Shown piece after piece: positions 8,998 to 18,196 of a stretch of DNA of 48,958 bases (position 1 is the first letter of the stretch; each line of letters begins with the position of its first letter). A model generated the notes under the pieces. The model had not been told where the DNA came from. It ran no database searches and saw only the letters and a list, made by a program, of their open reading frames with translations. The stretch is taken from sequence record SRR31156797_8486; one strand, 5' to 3'. Position numbers and translations under genes: made by a program.

Positions 8998-10248
8998 ATG
9001 AAAAAAGTACTCGCAACAGGCGCAGCACTTCTTATGGCTGGTAGCATTGCTACTGCTGCTGAAATGGATGACCAGTCCGGCGTAAAAATTACCGGTAATG
9101 CTCGTGCCCGTATTATCTACAAAGATAAATATGACTTCGGCAACAGCGACAACGATGCCACCACCACCATGGACTCTCGTGTACGTTTTGAAGTACGCGG
9201 AACCGCAGCAGGCGGAGCATACGTTCACGGTCGTATCCGTTTGGCTGAAGAAAAATTCGATGGTGCAACTTCTGCATCTGCTGACGACAACATTTACGTT
9301 GATAAAGCATACATCGGCATTCCTTTCAACGACGCCTTCACTCTTGAAGGTGGTAAATATCGTGTAACCTACGGCCAGGGCTTCTTGTACGACGATATCG
9401 GGCTTGCTGGTTTTCGTGGTATCTACAACGCTAATGGCCTTAGCCTCATTCCTTTCCTTGAAGTACAGGAAGAAGGCCAGAATTCTGACATTGCTCAGGA
9501 CGTTCAGGAAGACAACGATTCCTATCGTTTTGGTGCAGCACTGACCTACACTGGTGTTGAAAACTGGTCTATGGGTGCAATTGCAGCCTATGACACTGAT
9601 GACCGTGTAGAAAACGTTGTTGTAGACGATGTTATGGTAGATACTGGTAACGGTAATGCTGACGGCTTCTGGGGATCTGTATTTGCTAGAGGAACCATTG
9701 CTGAAGTATTTGGTCTTGAAGGTGAATTTGCCTATGCAGAAAACGGCGTAACCCTTGACAAAGTACAAGGCGCTGGCACTGATGATGGATATGGTGGTTA
9801 CCTCCGCGGTAGCTGGAACATGGATGCTCTGACCTTGGCCCTTGACCTTGGTTTCACCAAAGATGGTTTTGCACCTGATCCATTCTACGGATTTGTTATG
9901 ATCGGTGGTGAAGAACCAATTGGTGCAGTTGCAATTGGTGCCAATGGTGCTGATTACGTATGGGCTGGTCTCCGTGTTGGTTATGCCGTAACTGAAGCAC
10001 TGAGCCTGACAGGTAACTTGGTATGGGCTGATGCTGACAGCAACGATGACGCACCTATCGAGCAGACAGATCGCGTTTATGACCTCCTCGAGATTTCCGG
10101 TGTCCTGAAGTACGCAGTATCCAAAGGTTGCACCTTCTCTTGGTACGCAGGTTACTTGCAGCCTGACTATGACGGTCGTCTTGATGCGGCTGGCATAGAA
10201 GATGACGGCGCTTTCGGTACCTATGCTAAATTTGATGTTAAATTCTAA
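8998..10248 (+). CDS. Major outer-membrane porin (beta-barrel)
   Basis: GAGGAG RBS; signal peptide ending ATA-A; alternating aromatic beta strands; very acidic loops; C-terminal YAKFDVKF beta-signal; codon choice typical of high expression; own terminator. Confidence 0.85.
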   Translation: MKKVLATGAALLMAGSIATAAEMDDQSGVKITGNARARIIYKDKYDFGNSDNDATTTMDSRVRFEVRGTAAGGAYVHGRIRLAEEKFDGATSASADDNIYVDKAYIGIPFNDAFTLEGGKYRVTYGQGFLYDDIGLAGFRGIYNANGLSLIPFLEVQEEGQNSDIAQDVQEDNDSYRFGAALTYTGVENWSMGAIAAYDTDDRVENVVVDDVMVDTGNGNADGFWGSVFARGTIAEVFGLEGEFAYAENGVTLDKVQGAGTDDGYGGYLRGSWNMDALTLALDLGFTKDGFAPDPFYGFVMIGGEEPIGAVAIGANGADYVWAGLRVGYAVTEALSLTGNLVWADADSNDDAPIEQTDRVYDLLEISGVLKYAVSKGCTFSWYAGYLQPDYDGRLDAAGIEDDGAFGTYAKFDVKF

Positions 10249-10280
10249 CTTGAATAACATCATATAGCAGTTGTACGTTA

Positions 10281-10318
10281 AAAAAGGGCGGGCCCCGTAA
10301 AGGACCCGCCCTTTTTTT
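10281..10318. terminator. Intrinsic terminator, probably bidirectional
   Basis: AAAAAGGGCGGGCC-loop-GGACCCGCCCTTTTTTT, flanked by A and T tracts, between the convergent porin and kinase genes. Confidence 0.9.
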
Positions 10319-10387
10319 ATTGGTACCTGCAAACAACTTGCGCTGTTCTTAGGAGTTGTCCCAAAGTAACTTAAACAATTCGTATAG

Positions 10388-10494
10388 CATTTTCAGGTCA
10401 TCTTTAGATGATCCTCAATCACAAAAGTCCTTGACGCAGCACAATACACCTGCAGCTTTGTTTAACTAGATCACCAAAATCTAACCTAAATATG
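10388..10494. repeat. Degenerate palindromic (REP/MITE-like) element
   Basis: Nested imperfect inverted arms CATTTTCAGGT/ACCTAAATATG, TGATC/GATCA and ACAAA(A)G/CTTTGT. Core TACACCTGCAG resembles TATACCTGTGG in the terminal element. Confidence 0.45.
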
Positions 10495-10532
10495 AGCGCT
10501 ACTACCCAACGTATGTACCGACAGTTCCTTTG

Positions 10533-12353
10533 CTAGGCAGGCAGAGTCATCACCGCCCTAGTTCCTCCAGCTTCCCCTGGCTGTATTGTTAATGAACCGT
10601 GATGGTCTTCAACTATCCGCTGCACAAGCATCAGCCCCATGCTGGTGCCAACGGTTTGGGTTGTAAATGAAGCTGACTCTTTCACCTGTTCAGGGCTTGA
10701 TAGACTTCCCCCTGCACCGGTATCAGCTATTATAATTTGTATTTCCCCCTCCTTCTCCACCACCTCCATAGTCAACTCTCCACCGCTAGGCATTGACTCT
10801 ATACTGTTACGAATAAGGTGAACCAGTACTTTCTGGATCAGTTGCTGATCAATACAGAGGACAGGTTCCTTTTCAGGAAAGATAAGAGTGTGGCGAATAC
10901 CGTGTTCATTCAACCCCTGGTAATGGAGGAGAATCGACTTGTTAAGCACCGTAAAAATCCCTACCTGTGCAAAGGAAGGTTGCACGGTTTCCACAAAGCT
11001 AAACAGATCCTCAAGGATAGTTTCAATCTTTTCAGCCTCACTGGTCATCATATTCAAAAACTGCAACCACTGAGTATCGTTAGTTTTCTTGGCAAGTAAA
11101 CGAGCTGTGCCACCAATGGAAGTAATAGGGTTACGTATGTTATGGGCCAACTCTGCAGCTACGTGACCAACAGCTGAGTATCTTTCAGTTTCAACCAACA
11201 GGTCTTTGTTTTTCTCAAGTTCATGGGTCATGGCTTCAAGCTCTTTAATCTTCTGGTCCATATCCATGTACAGATGACAATGTTCAATGGCAAGACTAGC
11301 CTGACTGGCAAAACTCTCCAACGCCTGAATACGCTCACTGGTGATCGGTTTTTTGGAGACGTAGTGATCAGCTATAATGACGCCCAGAGAACGATTTGAT
11401 GAAAACAGCGGCACCACCACAAAAGAATCTTCCTGGAGTAAACCTATCAATTCTACAGGTACCGGAAAAGAACATTGTCCGCTGACAACACTAATTGACC
11501 TTCTCGTCCGTACTGCACGAATAAACAGATGATCCTCATCCTCGACATCAACACAGATTGCCTTGACAATGCGATTTACCTCAGTGTCGCTGACAAGCAC
11601 ATTGCTGCAGGAAAGCAGATCCTGAAAATCGAGATCAAGCTGCTCTAAATTATTCCAAATACGATCACCTTCCTCCATGCTGCCAGGACCGATTGCCATT
11701 CTCCCTTGGAGTTGAGTGCCGTCATCATTGAACAGGGCGAGAAAAGCCCGATTAAACTGCAATCCCTCTTCGGCAGTTATGCCGACCAGGATTGCCTGTA
11801 AGATTTCATCCAGTTCCACCAGGCTCAGGAAAGCGGTGTTCATTTTAACCGCTAGCCCATGGGCAAGCTGGAGCTGAAATCGTGCCTGCTCCAACTGTTG
11901 CTGATACAATCGATTATTTATTTTGAGACGGCGTTTTTCAAGAACCTTTTGCAGTGTAGTAAGCAGGTCTGCAAAATGAACAGGCTTGGCAAGATAATCA
12001 TCTGCCCCGAGACGCATGCAAGAAAGTGCGGTCTGCAAATCGCTGACAGCAGTCAGCATGATAACGGAAAGATCCTGGTACTGGGCTCTGAGCTCTGGCA
12101 ACAGGTCCATCCCATCGGCATCAGGAAGGCCGATGTCCAGCAAAACCAAAGCGACATTATGCTCCTGAAGTGCCTGGAGAAGACTGGCTGCAGAATTTGC
12201 GGTGATGGTGGGGAATTGTTCATTGGTCAAAAACTCTTGCAGCAAGCCGACAATATCTGGAAAGTCATCAACGATAAGTATGACTTCGTCCTGTTGCAAC
12301 AGCTCATCACTTTGCTGCACTTTAAGGGGGGCTAGGGGGTGCGATTTTTGCAT
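10533..12353 (-). CDS. Signal-transduction protein: REC - GAF - HisKA - HATPase_c (atypical kinase motifs)
   Basis: REC IVDD...LLDIGLPDADG...YLAKP; GAF VVVPL...LGVIIAD; H-box LAHNIRNP; DTGAG box. Confidence 0.88.
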   Translation of the reverse strand: MQKSHPLAPLKVQQSDELLQQDEVILIVDDFPDIVGLLQEFLTNEQFPTITANSAASLLQALQEHNVALVLLDIGLPDADGMDLLPELRAQYQDLSVIMLTAVSDLQTALSCMRLGADDYLAKPVHFADLLTTLQKVLEKRRLKINNRLYQQQLEQARFQLQLAHGLAVKMNTAFLSLVELDEILQAILVGITAEEGLQFNRAFLALFNDDGTQLQGRMAIGPGSMEEGDRIWNNLEQLDLDFQDLLSCSNVLVSDTEVNRIVKAICVDVEDEDHLFIRAVRTRRSISVVSGQCSFPVPVELIGLLQEDSFVVVPLFSSNRSLGVIIADHYVSKKPITSERIQALESFASQASLAIEHCHLYMDMDQKIKELEAMTHELEKNKDLLVETERYSAVGHVAAELAHNIRNPITSIGGTARLLAKKTNDTQWLQFLNMMTSEAEKIETILEDLFSFVETVQPSFAQVGIFTVLNKSILLHYQGLNEHGIRHTLIFPEKEPVLCIDQQLIQKVLVHLIRNSIESMPSGGELTMEVVEKEGEIQIIIADTGAGGSLSSPEQVKESASFTTQTVGTSMGLMLVQRIVEDHHGSLTIQPGEAGGTRAVMTLPA

Positions 12354-12514
12354 TGGAGATATGCTTTTTTCAATGATTTGCAGTAATAGTCGCGTACTAT
12401 TTTGTTCTACTCATGAAAATATCGTGTGTCAAGGATCGCGAATGCATTCTCACATTGCCTCAACAGGGGTCCCATGGTATGCAGAGACAGCTAACAGATA
12501 CTAATTATTCCATT

Positions 12515-12949
12515 ATGCGCGCACAACCTATTCACACGACCAAACGAACCCAATCCACTGTCAGTGACGATGAACTGCTAACAGTCATAGCTGACTTTCT
12601 GGAAATGGGACATGTTGATAATATTATTGCCATGTTCAAGCAGGAACCACGCTATCACGCATGGAGTGGAACGCTGCTTACGGACCAGCGCTTTGCAGTA
12701 CGCCTTGGCCTTGCAGTCCTTTACGAGCACTTGATTATTGAGTGTCCTGAAGACATCCATCTGGCAGTCCCCTCTCTTGCGCAAGCGCTCGAAAACGAGA
12801 ATGAATGGGTCAGAGGAGAAGCAGTTAACCTGCTTGGCATAATAGGCTCAGATAAGGCAATATCACTGGTAAAATCCATGACTAATGACCCCTCACCCCA
12901 GGTCGTTGAAATAGTAACAGACATATTAGACACAACTTGCAATGGATGA
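12515..12949 (+). CDS. HEAT-repeat protein
   Basis: Repeated HEAT-like segments (DQRFAVRLG, ENEWVRGEAVNLLGIIG, DPSPQV). 3' end overlaps the dinG start. Start uncertain (12413, 12479 or 12515). Confidence 0.75.
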   Translation: MRAQPIHTTKRTQSTVSDDELLTVIADFLEMGHVDNIIAMFKQEPRYHAWSGTLLTDQRFAVRLGLAVLYEHLIIECPEDIHLAVPSLAQALENENEWVRGEAVNLLGIIGSDKAISLVKSMTNDPSPQVVEIVTDILDTTCNG

Positions 12950-14921
12950 GTATTACGGCCGTAACGGCCTGTTGTCCCAACATATGCCAGGATTTGAACC
13001 GCGCGTAGGCCAAGCCGATATGGCTGCAGCGGTTTTCGATCTACTAAAAAGTAATGATGAGTTACCTTTTAGCGAACAAGATCAAGCCCAATGTCTAGCT
13101 ATAGAGGCTGAAACAGGACTGGGTAAAACTCTCGCATACCTTATACCAGCAGTTTTAAGCGGTCGGCGGGTGGTGGTATCTACTAACACCCGCAATCTCC
13201 AGGACCAGATTATTGATAGGGAAATCCCTTTTATCCAGAGACACATTGCCCCCAAACTGCAGGCTATGTGCGTTAAAGGTCGGCAGAACTACCTTTGCCT
13301 GTACCGATGGCACCAGCTTTACACCGAAAAACAATCCACCTTCCTGGCTGACGAAGAACAGGGAACCATACAGGAATGGGTTGGCGAAACCACCTACGGT
13401 GATCGTTCCGAGCTATCATGGCTACCTTCCCATTCGCCGCTTTGGCAGAAAATTTGCTGCCTCTCCCATTTCTGTCTTGGCAGTGACTGCCCTGAAAGCA
13501 GCCGCTGTTTTCTTACCCGTCTAAGACGAGATGCCGCTGCAAGCCAACTACTCATCGTTAACCACCACCTTTTATTTTCTGATCTGGCTATCCGTAAAAC
13601 AGGGTACGGTGAGGTTCTTCCTCGCTACGAGGCAGTCATCTTTGACGAAGCCCATCACATAGAAAATGTAGCTTCCACTTTTTTTGGCTACTCCTTTTCC
13701 AAATATCAAATAACCGATTTAGTCGGCGATATTGAGCGCAGCGCGTCCGTTGCATTAGCCGATGCAACCAAAAAACTTACCCTTGCCCAAACCACATCCC
13801 TCACGGCAGCTATTGAATCATTGAACCTGCAGTTGCCCACGGAAAAGGGACGCTTCCCCTTAGATCAGGTGTTACAGCACAACTCTGCCATCGCGAATAC
13901 AGTGCAAAGCATCCTTACCGCACTGGAGAAACTAGGTGCAAACCTCGACAATATTAGAGGAGGCGACGAACCCTGGGAACAATATGCTAATCGTTGCCAC
14001 GAACTGACTTCCAGGCTTACCCTTATTACTGCTGACTCGTTTGACGATTGCCCACCTGATGAACTCCATTACACCTACTGGTTTGAAAGAACGGAAAGAA
14101 ACATAGCCCTCTTTGCTACCCCCATTGATGTCTCGCAGGAACTGCAGTCCACCCTTTATGCATCCGTCTCTGCTTGTGTATTTACCTCCGCAACCCTGAC
14201 AACCGGCGGTGATTTTCATTTTTTTTGCAAACGGCTGGGATTACCGGAACAGACCCAAACCCTCTCTTTTCCATCACCTTTTGACTACCCCAACAGAACG
14301 CTGCTCTACATTCCAAAAAACAACTTTCCCGAACCTGCCTCACCAGCTTACCCTGAAAAAGTACAGAAACAGATCAAAAAACTCATTGAAAGTTCTCAAG
14401 GCAGGGCGCTTGTGCTGTTTACCTCTTTTAAAGCGATGGAAGCAGCATTTTACAGTCTCAAAGGACAACTTTCATTTCCAATGCTTATCCAGGGCGAAGC
14501 ACCTCGCCATACACTGCTTAATAAGTTCAGCCGGGAAACCAGGTCTGTACTCTTTGCTGTTTCCAGCTTTTGGGAAGGGGTAGATATACCTGGCGAATCT
14601 TTAAGTTTAGTCATCATAGACAAACTTCCGTTTGAAGTGCCCAGCGACCCTGTTCTTATGGCAAGAATTAACCGCATCAAGGCAAACGGTGGGAACCCCT
14701 TTTTCGATTTTCAAGTTCCCAGGGCCATACTCGGTTTGCGTCAGGGGGTTGGTCGTCTGATGCGGGCCACCGGCGACAGAGGCGTGATTGCTATCTTGGA
14801 CATACGACTTTTTACCAAAGGCTATGGCCGCCGCTTTCTAAAAAGCCTGCCGCCAAGTCCACTTACCAGAGAATCCCAGCAGGTTACTGATTTTTTTAGT
14901 GATGATAATGACCTCCACTGA
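12942..14921 (+). CDS. ATP-dependent DNA helicase, DinG/YoaA family (Fe-S)
   Basis: Q motif FEPRVGQ, Walker A EAETGLGKT, KGRQNYLC, Cys cluster, DEAHH, SATL, FWEGVD, QGVGRLMR. Confidence 0.95.
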   Translation: MDEYYGRNGLLSQHMPGFEPRVGQADMAAAVFDLLKSNDELPFSEQDQAQCLAIEAETGLGKTLAYLIPAVLSGRRVVVSTNTRNLQDQIIDREIPFIQRHIAPKLQAMCVKGRQNYLCLYRWHQLYTEKQSTFLADEEQGTIQEWVGETTYGDRSELSWLPSHSPLWQKICCLSHFCLGSDCPESSRCFLTRLRRDAAASQLLIVNHHLLFSDLAIRKTGYGEVLPRYEAVIFDEAHHIENVASTFFGYSFSKYQITDLVGDIERSASVALADATKKLTLAQTTSLTAAIESLNLQLPTEKGRFPLDQVLQHNSAIANTVQSILTALEKLGANLDNIRGGDEPWEQYANRCHELTSRLTLITADSFDDCPPDELHYTYWFERTERNIALFATPIDVSQELQSTLYASVSACVFTSATLTTGGDFHFFCKRLGLPEQTQTLSFPSPFDYPNRTLLYIPKNNFPEPASPAYPEKVQKQIKKLIESSQGRALVLFTSFKAMEAAFYSLKGQLSFPMLIQGEAPRHTLLNKFSRETRSVLFAVSSFWEGVDIPGESLSLVIIDKLPFEVPSDPVLMARINRIKANGGNPFFDFQVPRAILGLRQGVGRLMRATGDRGVIAILDIRLFTKGYGRRFLKSLPPSPLTRESQQVTDFFSDDNDLH

Positions 14922-15921
14922 ACAGAAATATATAGAAAACCTCAAGAAACATGCTGCTGCAGCAAACATTCGGGTGGAGTCTGCCATACATGGTGACCTT
15001 GCCTGTGTACTAAGCGAATGTGATCCACTGCTACAGGAGATTGTCAACTATGCCATTTTCAGCGGTGGTAAACGGATACGACCATTGTTGGCAATCCTCT
15101 GTTCGCGGCTGTGCGGACGGGATGATGAAGATCTCTACCGGCTGGCCGCGGCCTTCGAGTATCTGCATGTGGCGAGCCTTATACATGATGATATCATTGA
15201 TCATGCCCAACAGCGCAGAGGCAGGGAATCACTGGTTGCCAAGTATGGTTTTGCCTCAGCCATCCTCACTGGTGACTGGCTCCTTTCACGGAGCATGCGG
15301 CTGGTTGGCGAATTAGGTGGTCAGCTCGGACTAACTATTTTTTGCCAGGCAACCGAAGGTATGGTGGACGGCGAATTTCTTCAGCAGCGCTGTGTCGGAA
15401 ACCCGGAAACAACAGAAGAGGACTATTTCCGTATCATTAAATGCAAAACCGGCAATCTCATTGCCTCTACCTGTGAAATAGGAGCACTCTACGGCGGAGC
15501 CAGTGATGATGAAAGAGAGGCTCTTTGCCTGTTTGGTGATAAAGTCGGCACAGCCTTTCAAGTAGTGGACGACCTGCTCGACTACAGGGGCGATGCTCAG
15601 GAAACAGGTAAAGCCGTGGGAAACGACTTTGTTGAAGGTAAAATAACCCTGCCCTTTATCCGTGCCTATGCCCAGGCAGATGCCCCGAACCAGTCATTAC
15701 TGCAGCAACTGATTACAGGCAATCGACACTCGCCCAAGGCCTACCAGCAAACACATGAACTCATTGCGACTCATGACGGCTTCGCCTCTGCAGAAAAAAC
15801 TGCACAGGCACAGGTAAAGGACGCAATAAATGCGTTACAGCTTTTCCACAAGCACTCGGACCAGGAAAGCCTGACAGTACTCCAGACGCTTGGCCAGTAC
15901 ATACTGCAAAGAAAAAAATAA
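14908..15921 (+). CDS. Long-chain trans-polyprenyl diphosphate synthase (IspB-like)
   Basis: GGKRIRP, FARM ASLIHDDIID...RRG, SARM FQVVDDLLD, GKxxGNDFxEGKITLP. Small residue upstream of the FARM suggests a long-chain product. Confidence 0.92.
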   Translation: MTSTEQKYIENLKKHAAAANIRVESAIHGDLACVLSECDPLLQEIVNYAIFSGGKRIRPLLAILCSRLCGRDDEDLYRLAAAFEYLHVASLIHDDIIDHAQQRRGRESLVAKYGFASAILTGDWLLSRSMRLVGELGGQLGLTIFCQATEGMVDGEFLQQRCVGNPETTEEDYFRIIKCKTGNLIASTCEIGALYGGASDDEREALCLFGDKVGTAFQVVDDLLDYRGDAQETGKAVGNDFVEGKITLPFIRAYAQADAPNQSLLQQLITGNRHSPKAYQQTHELIATHDGFASAEKTAQAQVKDAINALQLFHKHSDQESLTVLQTLGQYILQRKK

Positions 15922-15930
15922 ACGCCCACA

Positions 15931-16860
15931 ATGTTTTTCCTTTCTTCCTTACAACGACTCCTATTATATTTTACACTTTTGGCCCTTCTTTTTCTCCTGG
16001 GCAATTGCGGTGGCCAGCAAAATAGAGACCAAGCAGCCGAAGAGACAGCAACCGGCTCCGAGCTCCCGCACATGCAGGAACCAGTTCCAGGTTCGCTTCT
16101 CATCGTTTTTGAAGAACCTGACCCACCACCTCACTCGGTTCTCAAAACAGTACCTGTTCCTGTTTTAGCTACAGAGACCAAACAAGCCGCGCCACCAAAA
16201 AAACGCCCCCAGGTTGCTATCATTATAGACGATATGGGCCACCACCAGATACTGGGTGAGCGCCTCTTGGCCCAGAACCTTAACCTGACGTATTCCTTTC
16301 TCCCCCAAGCGCCGTTTACTACCAAACAAGCGCAAATCGCCCATGAGAAAAAGAGTGATATCCTTGTCCATATACCTATGGAGCCAAAGGATCCACATTG
16401 GAACCCTGGCAAAGGAGCGCTTTTCCTAAAAGATGACCACGCCCTTTTAAGGACCAAAACCCAACAGTGCATTAGAGCCGTCCCCCATGCCATTGGTGCC
16501 AATAACCACATGGGCTCCCTGTATACAGAAAACAGGGAGGCAATGCAGCCCGTTCTCTTAGAGCTACAGCAAAATGGGTTCTTTTATATCGACTCCTTTA
16601 CCACGGCACAATCAAAAGGAATGGAGGAAGCAAAACGTCTCAATATCCCGACTAATCGGCGTCATATCTTTCTTGACAACGACCATGACCCACAAAAAAT
16701 CTGTAAGCAAATTAAAAAGCTGGTTCAACTGGCTCAAAAACACGGTTCGGCCATTGGTATCGGCCACCCCAACAAGGCCACCCTCATCGCCCTGAATCAA
16801 TGTGACAGGGAGCTGCTTGGGACGGTTGACATCGTGGGCGCCCACAATCTGGTACAATAA
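15931..16860 (+). CDS. Divergent polysaccharide deacetylase (YibQ-like), membrane-anchored
   Basis: IIIDDMG, LVHIPMEP, GANNHMGS, FYIDS, FLDN, IGIGHP; N-terminal hydrophobic anchor. Confidence 0.92.
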   Translation: MFFLSSLQRLLLYFTLLALLFLLGNCGGQQNRDQAAEETATGSELPHMQEPVPGSLLIVFEEPDPPPHSVLKTVPVPVLATETKQAAPPKKRPQVAIIIDDMGHHQILGERLLAQNLNLTYSFLPQAPFTTKQAQIAHEKKSDILVHIPMEPKDPHWNPGKGALFLKDDHALLRTKTQQCIRAVPHAIGANNHMGSLYTENREAMQPVLLELQQNGFFYIDSFTTAQSKGMEEAKRLNIPTNRRHIFLDNDHDPQKICKQIKKLVQLAQKHGSAIGIGHPNKATLIALNQCDRELLGTVDIVGAHNLVQ

Positions 16861-16862
16861 CT

Positions 16863-18131
16863 ATGAATGCTCCATCTCTTTCTCCACCGACCCTTGGAAT
16901 GATACTCAAAGGGTACCCCCGTATATCAGAGACCTTTATCTCCAATGAAATACTTCTGCTCGAACAACTAGGTATTCCGATCAGAATTTTTTCCATGCGA
17001 TTGCCGCGGGAATCCTTTTGCCATGATTCGGTAAAACAAATTAAGGCGAGGGTCGATTACCTGCCTACAGACCTCTTTATTGATTTTCAAAGGCTGCTTC
17101 TGCAGACGACCCTGTACGCTGCCAACAATCCGGTACGTTTTCTTGACGTACTTAAAAAAGCTGGACAAAGATTTCATCGCACACGAAGCCTTGGGACCTT
17201 AAAACATCTGATGCAGGGCTGTTACCTAGCCCATCATCTGCTGGCCAAGTCCCCGGAGGTGGTTCATCTACATGCCCATTTCGCCCACTCCCCCTCTTCG
17301 GTAGCTCTGTTTTCCAGTATGCTCAGTGGTCTGCCGTTTAGTTTTACTGCCCATGCCAAGGACATCTATACTTCAAACCCTGATCAGTTACGGGAAAAAA
17401 TCGATTTAGCATCGATGGTCATGACCTGTACCAGGCACAATGTCGACTATCTGCGCTCCCTTGGTAAAAATACAGTGACCCCGATTCACTGCGTGTACCA
17501 TGGGATTGACCTCGACCTTTTCACAGCCACCGCGAAAAAGGAAGAAGCCAATCCTCCTTATAAAATTCTTACCATCGCCAGGCTGACCGAGAAAAAAGGT
17601 ATTCCCCATATCCTGGAAGCGCTGCAGCTGCTGAAAAAGAAAGGCATCTCTTTTACTTTCACCTTAATTGGCGATGGAGACGACAAGGAGCAGGTTATAC
17701 ATCAAATCTTTGCAAGCGGTCTGCACCAACAAACTCGCTGGCTTGGCACCATGCCCCATGCAAAGGTTATTGAAGAGCTCAAAGCTGCTGATGCCTTTGT
17801 TCTCGGGTGTAAAATTGCTGCTAATGGTGACAGGGACGGTATTCCAAATGTCCTGGTCGAAAGTCTTGCAATGGGGGTCCCTGCAGTGGGTACTGATATT
17901 TCAGCACTGCCGGAATTATTGATCACTGAAAAAACTGGTTTGGCAGTGGCATCAAAAGACTCTACAGCCCTGGCAGAGGCCTTGTTACGCATCTTGCAGG
18001 ACACACAACTACGCAGCCACGTCAAAATTGAAGGACAAAAACATGTCCAGGCACACTTTGACAATAAGGCCCTGATTCGACAACTGGCAACACTGTACAG
18101 AGAGGCCATGCCCCAGCTTGCCTCCACCTGA
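16863..18131 (+). CDS. Glycosyltransferase family 4 (WcaL-like)
   Basis: YPRISETFI, HAHFAH, FTAHAKDIY, RLTEKKG, DRDGIPNVLVES. Confidence 0.92.
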   Translation: MNAPSLSPPTLGMILKGYPRISETFISNEILLLEQLGIPIRIFSMRLPRESFCHDSVKQIKARVDYLPTDLFIDFQRLLLQTTLYAANNPVRFLDVLKKAGQRFHRTRSLGTLKHLMQGCYLAHHLLAKSPEVVHLHAHFAHSPSSVALFSSMLSGLPFSFTAHAKDIYTSNPDQLREKIDLASMVMTCTRHNVDYLRSLGKNTVTPIHCVYHGIDLDLFTATAKKEEANPPYKILTIARLTEKKGIPHILEALQLLKKKGISFTFTLIGDGDDKEQVIHQIFASGLHQQTRWLGTMPHAKVIEELKAADAFVLGCKIAANGDRDGIPNVLVESLAMGVPAVGTDISALPELLITEKTGLAVASKDSTALAEALLRILQDTQLRSHVKIEGQKHVQAHFDNKALIRQLATLYREAMPQLAST

Positions 18132-18196
18132 TATACTACATAATCGTTTTTACACAGTTTGCGATTTAAACATGCTTACCATGGAACTGATATGTG

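Noticed and set aside
8950-10332. 460-aa antisense ORF over the porin
   Set aside because: Shadow ORF expected from the porin's biased codon usage; no recognisable motifs, while the + strand has the RBS, signal peptide, beta-signal and terminator.
12942-14921. DinG as part of a type IV CRISPR or other defence system
   Set aside because: No cas genes or array; housekeeping YoaA-like sequence in a housekeeping operon.
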